Shown here in pieces: positions 1-9,095 of a stretch of 64,000 bases of DNA (positions within the stretch are counted from its first letter, which is position 1; each line of letters begins with the position of its first letter). The notes beneath the pieces are model-generated. The model searched no databases, was not told the origin of the DNA, and worked only from the letters and a program-made list of their open reading frames with translations. Source of the DNA: Myxococcota bacterium (lineage in GTDB: Bacteria > Myxococcota_A > Polyangia > Polyangiales > Sandaracinaceae); NCBI GenBank assembly GCA_036149055.1, contig JAYZQJ010000007.1, positions 64,001 through 128,000 on the forward strand, read 5' to 3'. The translations under genes were made by a program, and so were the position numbers.

Positions 1-254
1 TCGCCCGTCTGCGAGTCGACGATGCGTCCCCGGATCCCGGTGTCCGCGGTCGGCGGCCCGTCGTCGACGAGCTCGGCCTCGATCTCGGCCTCGACCTCGT
101 TCTCGACCTCGGTCTCGTTCTCGACCTCGGTCTCGACCGAGGCGTCCGCCGTCTCCGGCACGCCGGCGTCTTGCGCGTGCGCAAAAGAGGTTGTCATTGT
201 GACAACCCAGTAGATACACGTCACCCAGCAGAGATCTGCAATCGAAGGTCTCAT
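1..254 (-). CDS. 5' end of probable TonB-dependent receptor (truncated by window edge)
   Basis: Not in ORF track; read by hand: MRPSIADLCWVTCIYWVVTMTTSFAHAQDAGVPE...TGIRGRIVDSQTG. Signal peptide (AHA-Q), acidic linker, start of a carboxypeptidase-regulatory-like domain; GAGG RBS; last gene of tonB-exbBD operon. Confidence 0.7.
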   Translation of the reverse strand, partial: MRPSIADLCWVTCIYWVVTMTTSFAHAQDAGVPETADASVETEVENETEVENEVEAEIEAELVDDGPPTADTGIRGRIVDSQTG

Positions 255-273
255 GGCTGCCTCTGCGCGGCGG

Positions 274-708
274 CTAGCGGAGCCGCTCCGTCATCACCGC
301 GATGTGCGCGGCGCCCGCGGAGCGGGCCAGGTCCATCACCTCGACCGCGCGCTCGAAGGGCGCTCCGTCGTCGGCGTCGAAGTAGATCTTCCGCTCCTGA
401 CGCGCGACGAGCATGCGGCGCAGGCGGACGGGGAACGTGGCGTCGGGGAAGACGTCCCGGTTGATCTGGATCTGCCCGTTCCGGTTGACCGTCACCACGA
501 TCGGCGGGTTCGACTGGTCGACGGGCATCTGCTCGGCCTGCACGTTCGGTGGCAGGTGGAGCCAGAAGAAGCGATGCATGGCCGGCATCACGACCATGAA
601 GATGATGAGGAGCACGAGCACCACGTCGACGAGCGGGGTGACGTTCATCTCGGGCTTGGCCTTGCCCTTCCTCTTGCCCTTCCCCCCGGTCTCGATCTCC
701 ATGCCCAT
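274..708 (-). CDS. exbD: Biopolymer transporter ExbD/TolR
   Basis: MNVTPLVDVVLVLLIIFMV motif. Confidence 0.92.
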   Translation of the reverse strand: MGMEIETGGKGKRKGKAKPEMNVTPLVDVVLVLLIIFMVVMPAMHRFFWLHLPPNVQAEQMPVDQSNPPIVVTVNRNGQIQINRDVFPDATFPVRLRRMLVARQERKIYFDADDGAPFERAVEVMDLARSAGAAHIAVMTERLR

Positions 709-725
709 GACGGGTCTCCTTCAGC

Positions 726-1172
<447 letters not shown>

Positions 1173-1177
1173 GGCGC

Positions 1178-1912
1178 TCAGGCGGCGGACGGGACGGCGT
1201 CCGCGGCGCCCTCCTCTTCGAGGCTCGTCTCACCCGAGACGGGCGGGGCGATCACGCCGGCCTCGAGCTGATCGACCAGCTCGCTGCCCGCGTTGGCGAG
1301 GCCGGCCTCGTACTTGGCGACCCGGCCGCTGAGCCAGTTGAAGACCAGCACCGCCGGGATGGCGACGAGCAGGCCGTAGCCGGTGACGATGAGCGCCTCG
1401 GAGATCATCGGGCCGATGGTGCCCATGCCGCCCGACGCCTCCTGACCGATGGCCTTGAAGGCGGCGAGGATGCCGAGCACGGTCCCGAGCAGCCCGATGA
1501 AGGGCGCCGTCGAGCCGGTCGAGGCGAGCACGCTGAGCCCCTTGTTCAGGCTCTCGCTCAGGTTCTCGCCCTTGCGCTCGAGGGCGCGCTGGGTGAACTC
1601 CGCCGACTTGTGCGCGGAGTGACCGGCCGCGCTGCGGTCGAGGAACGTCTCGACGCCGATGGCGATGAACTGCGCGAGGTGGCTCTTCTCGTGCTTCTTC
1701 GCGATCGAGAGCGCCGCCTCGTACTCCCCGCGCTCCAGCTTGGCGCCCGCCTCCGAGGCGAACGCGCGCGAGCGCGCGCCGGAGACGAGCAGGAGGATCA
1801 GCCGATCCACCAGCACGTAGATGCAGAAGAGTGCCTGGAGCGTCAGGACGATGACGACGCCTCGCACCAGGTTGTTCATGTTGGCCCACATGTGGAGCAG
1901 ATCCATCTCCAT
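1178..1912 (-). CDS. exbB: MotA/TolQ/ExbB proton channel
   Basis: STAPFIGLLGTVLGI, ISEALIVTGYGLLVAIPA; start moved to ATG 1912 after GAGG. Confidence 0.92.
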   Translation of the reverse strand: MEMDLLHMWANMNNLVRGVVIVLTLQALFCIYVLVDRLILLLVSGARSRAFASEAGAKLERGEYEAALSIAKKHEKSHLAQFIAIGVETFLDRSAAGHSAHKSAEFTQRALERKGENLSESLNKGLSVLASTGSTAPFIGLLGTVLGILAAFKAIGQEASGGMGTIGPMISEALIVTGYGLLVAIPAVLVFNWLSGRVAKYEAGLANAGSELVDQLEAGVIAPPVSGETSLEEEGAADAVPSAA

Positions 1913-1934
1913 GGCGGCTACCTCGCTTGTTTGT

Positions 1935-2699
1935 TCAGAGAACGTCGGGGCGGAAAGTGAAAACGTACGAGAGGACGTAGGGCACCGGGCGACCCTCCAG
2001 GGTGGCCGGCTCGTAGACACGCGTGTTGACGCACGAGAGGATCGTGTCCTCCGGGATGAGGGCGTGCCCTTCGGCGATGGTGGCGCGCATGACGCGGCCG
2101 TCGGCGCCGATGACCACCCGGACCCGGATGCGGATCGTCTCGGCGGTCTGGCCCTCGAGGCTCTCGGGGCGCTCGGGCACCCCGCAGCCGGAGATCATCT
2201 GGGGCGCCTGCACCTCGACGCGCTCCTGCTGGGGCGGCGGGCGCGGCGGGGTCGGCGGCCCGGGCGGCGGCTCCGGCGGCGCAGGCGGCTCGGGCTCCTC
2301 GACCGGGCCGGTGCCGCCCTCGACGCCGCCCTCGACTCCGTCCACCGGCCCGACCTCGCCGGCCTCGGCCAGCTCGCCCTCGGCCTCGCTCGGGCGGGCG
2401 TCGGGGATCGAGCTCGGCGGCGCGTCGCTCGCGGCGGCCGCGGCGGGCGGCGGGCGGCGGCGCTGAGGCTCGGGCTCCGGCTCCGGCTCGGGCTCCGGCT
2501 CGGGCTCGGGCGCCTCGTCCAGGGTGGCGAACTCGACGTCCACCTCTTGCTCCTGCTGGACGATCTGGTGCGCGGTCGCGACCGCCCCGGCGATGCCCGC
2601 CGCGAGCAGCCCGAAGAGCGCCGCCGCGATCACGAGGGAGACGGTCCGCCGGCCGCGGCCCTCTTCCTTCCGAGCGTTCTTGTCGAAGTCGCTGAACAT
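1935..2699 (-). CDS. tonB: Energy transducer TonB
   Basis: N-terminal TM, (EP)n and Pro-rich spacer, C-terminal VVIGADGRV...YEPATLEGRPV. Confidence 0.88.
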   Translation of the reverse strand: MFSDFDKNARKEEGRGRRTVSLVIAAALFGLLAAGIAGAVATAHQIVQQEQEVDVEFATLDEAPEPEPEPEPEPEPEPQRRRPPPAAAAASDAPPSSIPDARPSEAEGELAEAGEVGPVDGVEGGVEGGTGPVEEPEPPAPPEPPPGPPTPPRPPPQQERVEVQAPQMISGCGVPERPESLEGQTAETIRIRVRVVIGADGRVMRATIAEGHALIPEDTILSCVNTRVYEPATLEGRPVPYVLSYVFTFRPDVL

Positions 2700-2743
2700 G
2701 CGCGAGCGCCCGCCGGACGAGACGTCGTCGGCAGGCACGCGCA

Positions 2744-2777
2744 GAGCTAAGGGCCGTCTGTGAACGGGTCGTGACAG
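2744..2777 (-). promoter_or_regulatory. Pho-box-like (PhoB/OmpR-family) site plus -10 for the tonB operon
   Basis: Minus strand CTGTCAC-GACC-CGTTCAC (7-4-7), 10 nt spacer, then TAGCTC; more 11-bp-phased GTCA half-sites at 2836-2864. Confidence 0.6.
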
Positions 2778-2901
2778 ACGGGGGGCGGTCCTCGGTCAAC
2801 CACTTCGAAGCTTCGGGACCGGGCGAATTCGCTATGTGACTCGTGAGAAACGTCATCATGACCTGACGCAGCGTCGCCGCAGTCCCGGCTTCGACGGATC
2901 G

Positions 2902-4311
2902 TCAGCGGCCGCGGGCGAGCACGAAGCGGACGGCCTCCGGGAGCACGTCGCGCAGGCGGTCGACCACGATCTCGTGGGGGAGGGCGCGGCCGGGTGGCAG
3001 CGCGAGCACCGCGCGGGCGTCGAGGGTGCGGCCCGGGTCCATGCGCGGCGCGTCCAGGAGCGCCTCGGCCAGCTGGCGGGCGTGCTCCAGGTCTCCGGTC
3101 GCCGCAGCGAGGAGGCGCAGGCGGGCCCCGAGGCTCTGGCGGGCCATGCGATCGTCGATCGCCCGGGCGGCGCCTCGGGCGTCCCCCTGCGCCAGCGACT
3201 CGAAGGCGACGAGCGGCGCCTCGTCCTCCACCGGCACCCGGGTCGCGACCACCTGGGAGCCGCGGCCGCGGGTGGCGCGCTCGCCGTCGAGGAGCTGCCC
3301 CGCCTGCGCCAGCCGCTCGATCGCCGCGATCGCGCCCCCGTCCGTGCCTCGCAGGCGCGCCGCCGCGGTCACCCGCTCGGCCGCGCGGAACCGGCCGGTG
3401 CTCACGCAGGCCGCCGCCACCGCCACCGTCTCCGAGCGGCCCTCCGCCTCGCGGAGCGGCGCCTGCACCCGCAGGTCGAGGACCAGCGCCGCCGCCTCGT
3501 CGATGCAGCGCGCGCAGGTGGCCACGTGCCCCTCCGCCCGGGCCCGGGCCGCGCCACGCAGGCTCCCGTCGACGAAGCCGGCCAGCGCGAGGTCGGCCAG
3601 GCAGCCGCCCGTCCTGGGGGTCAGCCGCGACAGCAGCCGCTCGCCGACCGCCCGCCACGTCTTCTCCACCCTCGCCCGGACCCGGCGCGCGTCCGGATCC
3701 TGCTCGGTGCGCAGGGCCAGCTCGACCCGCTCGGGCATGTCGGCCGCGTCGAGCAGGGCGCGGTAGCAGCGCGCGCTGAGCTCCGGCTCGCCGTCCTGGG
3801 CGAGGCGCGCCGCCACGCGCTCGAGGTTCGCCAGGGCCACCGTCGGGTTGAGGCCCAGGGTGGCGGCCATGTCTCCGCGCGAGAGCCCGCGGAGCCGCAG
3901 CCGGACGAGCGCCACGACGTTGGGCGGCAGCTTGGCGAGGATCTCCTCGACCCGGGCCGAGGGCTCGCTCACCGCCAGGTCCTCCAGGTAGAGCCCGCTC
4001 GGCGTCGGGGCGGGGGCGATGGCGGCGCCCGGGTTCGTGACCGAGGCGGCGTGGCGGAGCGTCGCGTGGCGCGCGGTGACGCCGAGGGCGCTCCGCAGCT
4101 GACAGGCGCCCGCCCAGCCCGCGAGGGGGCCGTCGGGGCGGCGCAGCTCCTCCCAGGCGGCGTCGACCACCGCCTCGAGGTCCGCCTCCGGATCGAGCAG
4201 CCTCGCCGCGACCGCCCGCACGAACGCCCCGTGCCGCGAGATCAGCGCCGACCACGCGGCCCCGTCGCCGGCCAAACCGGCGCGCACGAGGGCGTCGTCG
4301 TCCCCAACCAC
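2902..4311 (-). CDS. ECF sigma-factor-like protein fused to zf-HC2 anti-sigma domain and helical C-terminus
   Basis: DDALVRAGLAGDGAAWSALISRH (region 2), LAKLPP...GLSRGDMAATLGL (region 4 HTH), CLADLALAGFVDG...HVATCARC (HxxxCxxC). Confidence 0.65.
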   Translation of the reverse strand: MVGDDDALVRAGLAGDGAAWSALISRHGAFVRAVAARLLDPEADLEAVVDAAWEELRRPDGPLAGWAGACQLRSALGVTARHATLRHAASVTNPGAAIAPAPTPSGLYLEDLAVSEPSARVEEILAKLPPNVVALVRLRLRGLSRGDMAATLGLNPTVALANLERVAARLAQDGEPELSARCYRALLDAADMPERVELALRTEQDPDARRVRARVEKTWRAVGERLLSRLTPRTGGCLADLALAGFVDGSLRGAARARAEGHVATCARCIDEAAALVLDLRVQAPLREAEGRSETVAVAAACVSTGRFRAAERVTAAARLRGTDGGAIAAIERLAQAGQLLDGERATRGRGSQVVATRVPVEDEAPLVAFESLAQGDARGAARAIDDRMARQSLGARLRLLAAATGDLEHARQLAEALLDAPRMDPGRTLDARAVLALPPGRALPHEIVVDRLRDVLPEAVRFVLARGR

Positions 4312-4445
4312 CCCGTCGATCTACGGCGCTCCCGAGCGGCCGGTCAACGCGCCGCGGAAAGCAGCCGAAATCACCGGGGATTCGTTGACACGGTGGGGCC
4401 CCCCCGACATCATTCGGCGCGAGGGTCAGCCCCCCTCGCCGACCC

Positions 4446-5807
4446 ATGTCCGACCGTATCGGCAACTGCAGGATCCTCGGTGAGATCGGCAGCGGCGGCA
4501 TGGCCGTCGTCTACCGCGCCGTACAGGAGCCGCTCGGCCGCGAGGTCGCCATCAAGTCGCTGAAGCCGTCCATCGCGGTCGACAGCGGCTTCGCGAAGCG
4601 CTTCGAGCGCGAGGCCCACTTCATGGCCTCGCTGCAGCACGAGAACATCCTCCACGTCTACGACTTCATCAAAGACCGCGGGACGATGCACATCATCATG
4701 GAGTTCGTGCAGGGCATCGACCTGTACGACCTCCTGGAGATCACGCCTCGCCTCCCGGTCGACGTCGCCTCGATCATCGCCCTGCAGGTGGCCCGCGCCC
4801 TGGACTACGCCCACTTCCGCGGCGTCATCCACCGCGACATCAAGCCCGCCAACATCATGATCAGCAAGCAGGGCGAGGTGAAGCTGATGGACTTCGGCAT
4901 CGCTCGCGACGACAAGCTGAGCGATCTGACCGAGACCGGGACCGGGCTGGGCACCCCGAGCTACATGAGCCCGGAGCAGATCCTCGGCGACAAGCTCGAC
5001 TTCCGGAGCGACGTGTTCTCGCTGGGCATCGTGCTCTACCAGATGGCCACCGGGCAGAAGCCGTTCGTCGAGGACGACGCCCGCACGGTGATGCAGAAGA
5101 TCCGGCTCGACCGGTACGTCAGCCCGCGCAAGCTCAACCCGGACGTGCCGCGCGCGCTCGAGCGCATCATGGCCCGCTGCATGGAGAAGATGCCGGCCAA
5201 CCGGTATCCGACCACGCAGGCCCTGATCGACGACCTGATGGACTTCCTCAGCGCGCGGGTGCCGATCAACCACAACGCGCGCGTGGTCATGTACCTGCGC
5301 GAGCTGGGCGTGGTGACCGAGGAGGAGGCCGACGAGATCCTCGCCGCCTCGACCCCGAACCGCAGCCGCCGCGCGAGCGGGGACACGGGCACCGTCCGGC
5401 TGATGTGGCTGGTCAACGCGGTGCTCTTCGCGGCCATCGTCGGCACCGGCGGCGCCATCCAGGCCACGGCCGGCAACCTCGAGGACGCGGCGCCGCGCTT
5501 CACCTCGCAGCCGAGCTCCAGCATCCTGCCCGAGCAGGCCGGGCACCTCTCCTTCGTCATCGAGCCGTGGGCCGAGGTCCACATCGCCTCGGAGCGGACC
5601 GGGGGCCAGTGGCAGCACCTCCTGACCACCCCGTCGGCGCGCCGCGTGGCGCTCGCCCCCGGCCGCTACTGGCTGAAGTTCCGCAACCCGTTCTTCGACG
5701 AGATCGTGCAGGTGGTGCAGGTCCGGGCGAACGAGAGCCGGGTGATCGAGCTCGACATGGAGCAGGGCGAGAGCGACGAGATGCCGGGCGAGGAGGCCCC
5801 CGAGTGA
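4446..5807 (+). CDS. Membrane Ser/Thr protein kinase with PEGA-like C-terminus
   Basis: IGSGGMAVVY, HRDIKPAN, DFG, GTPSYMSPE, TM helix, VIEPWAEV. Confidence 0.95.
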   Translation: MSDRIGNCRILGEIGSGGMAVVYRAVQEPLGREVAIKSLKPSIAVDSGFAKRFEREAHFMASLQHENILHVYDFIKDRGTMHIIMEFVQGIDLYDLLEITPRLPVDVASIIALQVARALDYAHFRGVIHRDIKPANIMISKQGEVKLMDFGIARDDKLSDLTETGTGLGTPSYMSPEQILGDKLDFRSDVFSLGIVLYQMATGQKPFVEDDARTVMQKIRLDRYVSPRKLNPDVPRALERIMARCMEKMPANRYPTTQALIDDLMDFLSARVPINHNARVVMYLRELGVVTEEEADEILAASTPNRSRRASGDTGTVRLMWLVNAVLFAAIVGTGGAIQATAGNLEDAAPRFTSQPSSSILPEQAGHLSFVIEPWAEVHIASERTGGQWQHLLTTPSARRVALAPGRYWLKFRNPFFDEIVQVVQVRANESRVIELDMEQGESDEMPGEEAPE

Positions 5808-6961
5808 GAGCTCTCGTCCCTGCAGCGCGCGGCGAAAATGACTGCGCGCGCCTCGCCGGCGGGACGCCGCGCCCGGCGCGCCAGTCGCTCCTCCGAAATG
5901 CTAGAGCATTTCGTCGTCGGCCCGGCGCGCCGGACGCGACGTCGCGCTCGCCGATCCATCACGCGCATATTCGCCGCGCGCTGCTCGCCGCGCTCGCGGT
6001 GGTCACCCTCGGCGCCGCCGAGGTCCGGGCGGAGCCCACCACCTTCGTACACGTCGTGCGCCCGGGCGAGACGCTCGCGTCGATCGCCCAGCGCTACTAC
6101 GGCGACCCGCGCCGCGAGAGCGTGCTGGTGGCCGAGAACGGGCTGACCACCCAGGGCGGCGCCGCGATCGTGGTCGGCCTCCGCCTCGTCGTGCCCACCG
6201 TCTCCTACCACCGCGTCCAGGCGGGGGAGACCTGGGCCTCCATCGCGACGGCGCATTACGGGGATCCGCGCCGGGTCTCGGCGCTGATCGAGGCCAACTC
6301 TCAGGTCTCGGGCAACCAGCCCGACGAGGGCGCGGAGCTGCTCGTGCCCTATCCGCTCCGTCACGTGGCCCGGCAGGGCGACACGATGCAGCGGGTGGCG
6401 CAGCTCTACTACGACGACAGCTCGATGGCGCAGCAGCTGATGCGCTTCAACTCGATGCGGCGCCGGCGGCTCTCGCGCGGGCAGATCGTGCTCGTGCCGC
6501 TCCCGGATCTGCTGCTCTCGGACGAGGGGCGCGCGCTCATCGAGGACGACACCGGTGAGTCGTTCGAGGGCGGGCAGCTGCGCGATCTGCAGACGCGGAT
6601 CAACGAGCAGCTCCCGGTGCTGCGCGAGCACGTGCGGCGCGGCCGCTTCACCGAGGCGGTGGCCCTCGGCAACCACCTGCTCGGCGCGGGCGAGCTGACC
6701 GGCAACCAGGTCGTGACCATCCAGCGCGAGCTCGCCGTCAGCTACGTCGCCCTCGACCGGAGCGACCTGGCGGTGGAGGCGTTCGTGGCCGCGCTCGAGC
6801 GCCAGCCCGATCTCGAGCTCGACACCCGCCGCACCTCACCCACCGTGCTCGGCGCCTTCCAGCGTGCGCACGAGGCTCGGGAGGAGCGACGCGCGGACGC
6901 GGAGGCCGACGCGGGCGTGCCGGACGCCGGGACCGACCCGGGCTCCGACCCGGAGGAGTGA
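5804..6961 (+). CDS. Exported protein with three LysM domains and TPR-like C-terminus (start uncertain)
   Basis: HVVRPGETLASIAQRYYG, HRVQAGETWASIA, HVARQGDTMQRVAQLYY; signal peptide near 5970-6030; GTG 5804 overlaps the kinase stop and is the nearest canonical in-frame start upstream of the signal. Confidence 0.8.
   Translation: MRALVPAARGENDCARLAGGTPRPARQSLLRNARAFRRRPGAPDATSRSPIHHAHIRRALLAALAVVTLGAAEVRAEPTTFVHVVRPGETLASIAQRYYGDPRRESVLVAENGLTTQGGAAIVVGLRLVVPTVSYHRVQAGETWASIATAHYGDPRRVSALIEANSQVSGNQPDEGAELLVPYPLRHVARQGDTMQRVAQLYYDDSSMAQQLMRFNSMRRRRLSRGQIVLVPLPDLLLSDEGRALIEDDTGESFEGGQLRDLQTRINEQLPVLREHVRRGRFTEAVALGNHLLGAGELTGNQVVTIQRELAVSYVALDRSDLAVEAFVAALERQPDLELDTRRTSPTVLGAFQRAHEAREERRADAEADAGVPDAGTDPGSDPEE
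5894..5913. promoter_or_regulatory. Perfect operator-like palindrome
   Basis: CGAAATGCT-AG-AGCATTTCG, AT-rich against the background. Confidence 0.4.
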
Positions 6962-6963
6962 CC

Positions 6964-9027
6964 TCACCGCCGCTGCAGGCGGAGCAGGAAGCCGTCGGTG
7001 GGGCCGACCGCGTCGCGAGACTCCAGGCCCACGCGCATGGAGCCCTCGAAGCTCCCGGCGACCGCGATCTGCCCGGCGTCGTCGACGCCGATCCCGAGGG
7101 CCACCACCTCGCTGCCTCCCAGCTCGAGCGCCCAGCGGAGGCCGCCGGTGCTCACCCCGAGCTCGGCCACGAAGCTCTCGCGCGAGCCGGCCGGGGTGAA
7201 GAACGGCGCGCCGTCCACCAGCGGCAGGTCGCCTCGGAAGTAGCCGGTGACGAAGACGGCCCCGGCGCGGACGGCCACCCCGTGGAGCACGTCCTCGCCG
7301 GCGCCGCCTCGGGCCTGCGTCCAGAGCACGGCGCCGTCGCGATCCATGCGCGCCACGAAGGCGTCCCCGTCCGATCCTCCGCCGGCCAGCGACCGCCCGC
7401 CGAGCTGACCGCCGCTGGTCTCGCCGACGACGATCGCGTCGCCGCTCGCCTCGTGCACCGCGACGCCGAGCGCCTGGTCGTCGCCCGGGCCGCCGCCGGT
7501 CACGTCCGTCACGTACGCGCCGTCCAGACCGAGCACCGCGATGAAGAGGTCTGCGCCCGTCGCGCTCCGCGTCGGCCCGCCGAAGCTCGCGCCGTCTTCG
7601 AAGGAGCCGACCACGAACACCCGGTCTCCCGACACCGCCACGCCTCGCGCCTCGTCCGCGCCGGGCCCGCCGAGGAAGCGCACCCAGACCACCGAGCCGT
7701 CGCCTCGCACCCGGGCCGCGAACGCGTCACGGCCGCCCGCGAGCGCGCCCTGGAACTCGTAGGGCGAGGTCGCCACCACGGCGTCGCCCTGCACGTAGCC
7801 GACGACGATGGCGTCGTCGCTGCCCTGGATGGCGTCGACGTCGTGCCCGAAGTCGACCCCCGCCCGGCCGTCGCGACCCGAGCCGACGTGGCCGCCGCGC
7901 GCCGCGTCGTAGTGCGCCCACCAGGCGTCGATGTTGCTCGTGCTGAAGCTGGGGCCGCCCGGAGGGCTCGTCGTGCCGCGCGCCTCGCCGGTCCACCACA
8001 CCTCGCCCGGCACCTTCAGGGTGACCCCATTGACGGTCGTGAAGCCGGTGCTCGGCGTCACGAGCTGGTCGGTCCAGGCGCCGGCCGCGTCGTAGCCCAC
8101 GACGAAGCCGGCCGTGCCGTCGGCGTCGAGCGGGGGCCCGCCGAAGTCGGCGATCCCCTCGAGCCGACCGACGACGACGATGGGGCCCGACGCGTGGGCG
8201 TCGAGCGCGAAGGGCAGGACCCGGGAGCTCGGGCCGCCGAACGCGGCGAGGCTGGTCACGTCGACCAGGACCTCGCACGCGCCGCTCACGCAGGCCTGGT
8301 GGGAGGCGCAGACGACCTCGCACGCGCCGCAGTGCAGGCGGTCGCTCTCGAGGTCGACCTCACAGCCGTCCGCGGCGTCGCCATTGCAGTCCGCGGTGCT
8401 CCGGCTGCATCCCGACCCGGCGTCCACGCCCCCGTCCGCTGGCGCGGGAGCGACCGACCTGCAGCCGACGTCCGGGTCGCACCACTCTTCGTCGCCGCAC
8501 GCGCCGGTCACCGGGAGATCGAGGCAGGCGCCGGCCACGCACTCGGCGGTGAGGCAGCTCTCGGTCGCGGGCTCGCAGTCCGTGGCCGCCTCGCACAGCA
8601 CGTCCGCCGGGCAGGCCTCGGGCGTCTCGGGCGTGCACTCGTACGGGACGCACTCGCCGTTGAGGCAGGCCTCCGCGCAGGTGAGGCTCGCGCACGCGCG
8701 ATCCACGATCGCCGGCACCACCCGGTCGCTCTGCAGGCGCACGGCGATCTCGGTGCCGTCGACGACCGCGCCGCCGGCGAGCAGGGTCACCGCGACGCGG
8801 TGGTTGCCCGCCGGGAGCGACAGCGAGGCCACCCGCAGCCCCCGCCGCACCTCGTCGCTCCGCGCGATCGCCCGCTCCACCATCTCCCCCGCGACCTCGA
8901 CCCGGACCGCGTCGAACTGCACCGCTGGCTCGTAGTCCGTGTAGAGCTCCACGAGGAGGGCGTGGTCTCCGGTACAGCCGGCGCAGAGGAGCGCGAAGGC
9001 GAGAGTCGGACGGTTCAAGGCGTCCAT
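6964..9027 (-). CDS. Lipoprotein with Cys-rich repeats and beta-propeller (SBBP-like) domain
   Basis: Lipobox LCAGC; CNGDAADGCEVDLESDRLHCGAC; repeated DAFVAR/GGPGDD...GVAV blades. Confidence 0.75.
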   Translation of the reverse strand: MDALNRPTLAFALLCAGCTGDHALLVELYTDYEPAVQFDAVRVEVAGEMVERAIARSDEVRRGLRVASLSLPAGNHRVAVTLLAGGAVVDGTEIAVRLQSDRVVPAIVDRACASLTCAEACLNGECVPYECTPETPEACPADVLCEAATDCEPATESCLTAECVAGACLDLPVTGACGDEEWCDPDVGCRSVAPAPADGGVDAGSGCSRSTADCNGDAADGCEVDLESDRLHCGACEVVCASHQACVSGACEVLVDVTSLAAFGGPSSRVLPFALDAHASGPIVVVGRLEGIADFGGPPLDADGTAGFVVGYDAAGAWTDQLVTPSTGFTTVNGVTLKVPGEVWWTGEARGTTSPPGGPSFSTSNIDAWWAHYDAARGGHVGSGRDGRAGVDFGHDVDAIQGSDDAIVVGYVQGDAVVATSPYEFQGALAGGRDAFAARVRGDGSVVWVRFLGGPGADEARGVAVSGDRVFVVGSFEDGASFGGPTRSATGADLFIAVLGLDGAYVTDVTGGGPGDDQALGVAVHEASGDAIVVGETSGGQLGGRSLAGGGSDGDAFVARMDRDGAVLWTQARGGAGEDVLHGVAVRAGAVFVTGYFRGDLPLVDGAPFFTPAGSRESFVAELGVSTGGLRWALELGGSEVVALGIGVDDAGQIAVAGSFEGSMRVGLESRDAVGPTDGFLLRLQRR

Positions 9028-9067
9028 CGTAACCCATTCGGGGGAGGCCGTCTGGCACGCTCTGGCA

Positions 9068-9083
9068 CGGCACGATCCGTGCG
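9068..9083 (+). promoter_or_regulatory. Possible sigma54 -24/-12 promoter
   Basis: CGGCACGATCCGTGCG: GG-N10-GC, 13 nt upstream of ATG 9096. Confidence 0.35.
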
Positions 9084-9095
9084 ATGTAGACGTGC

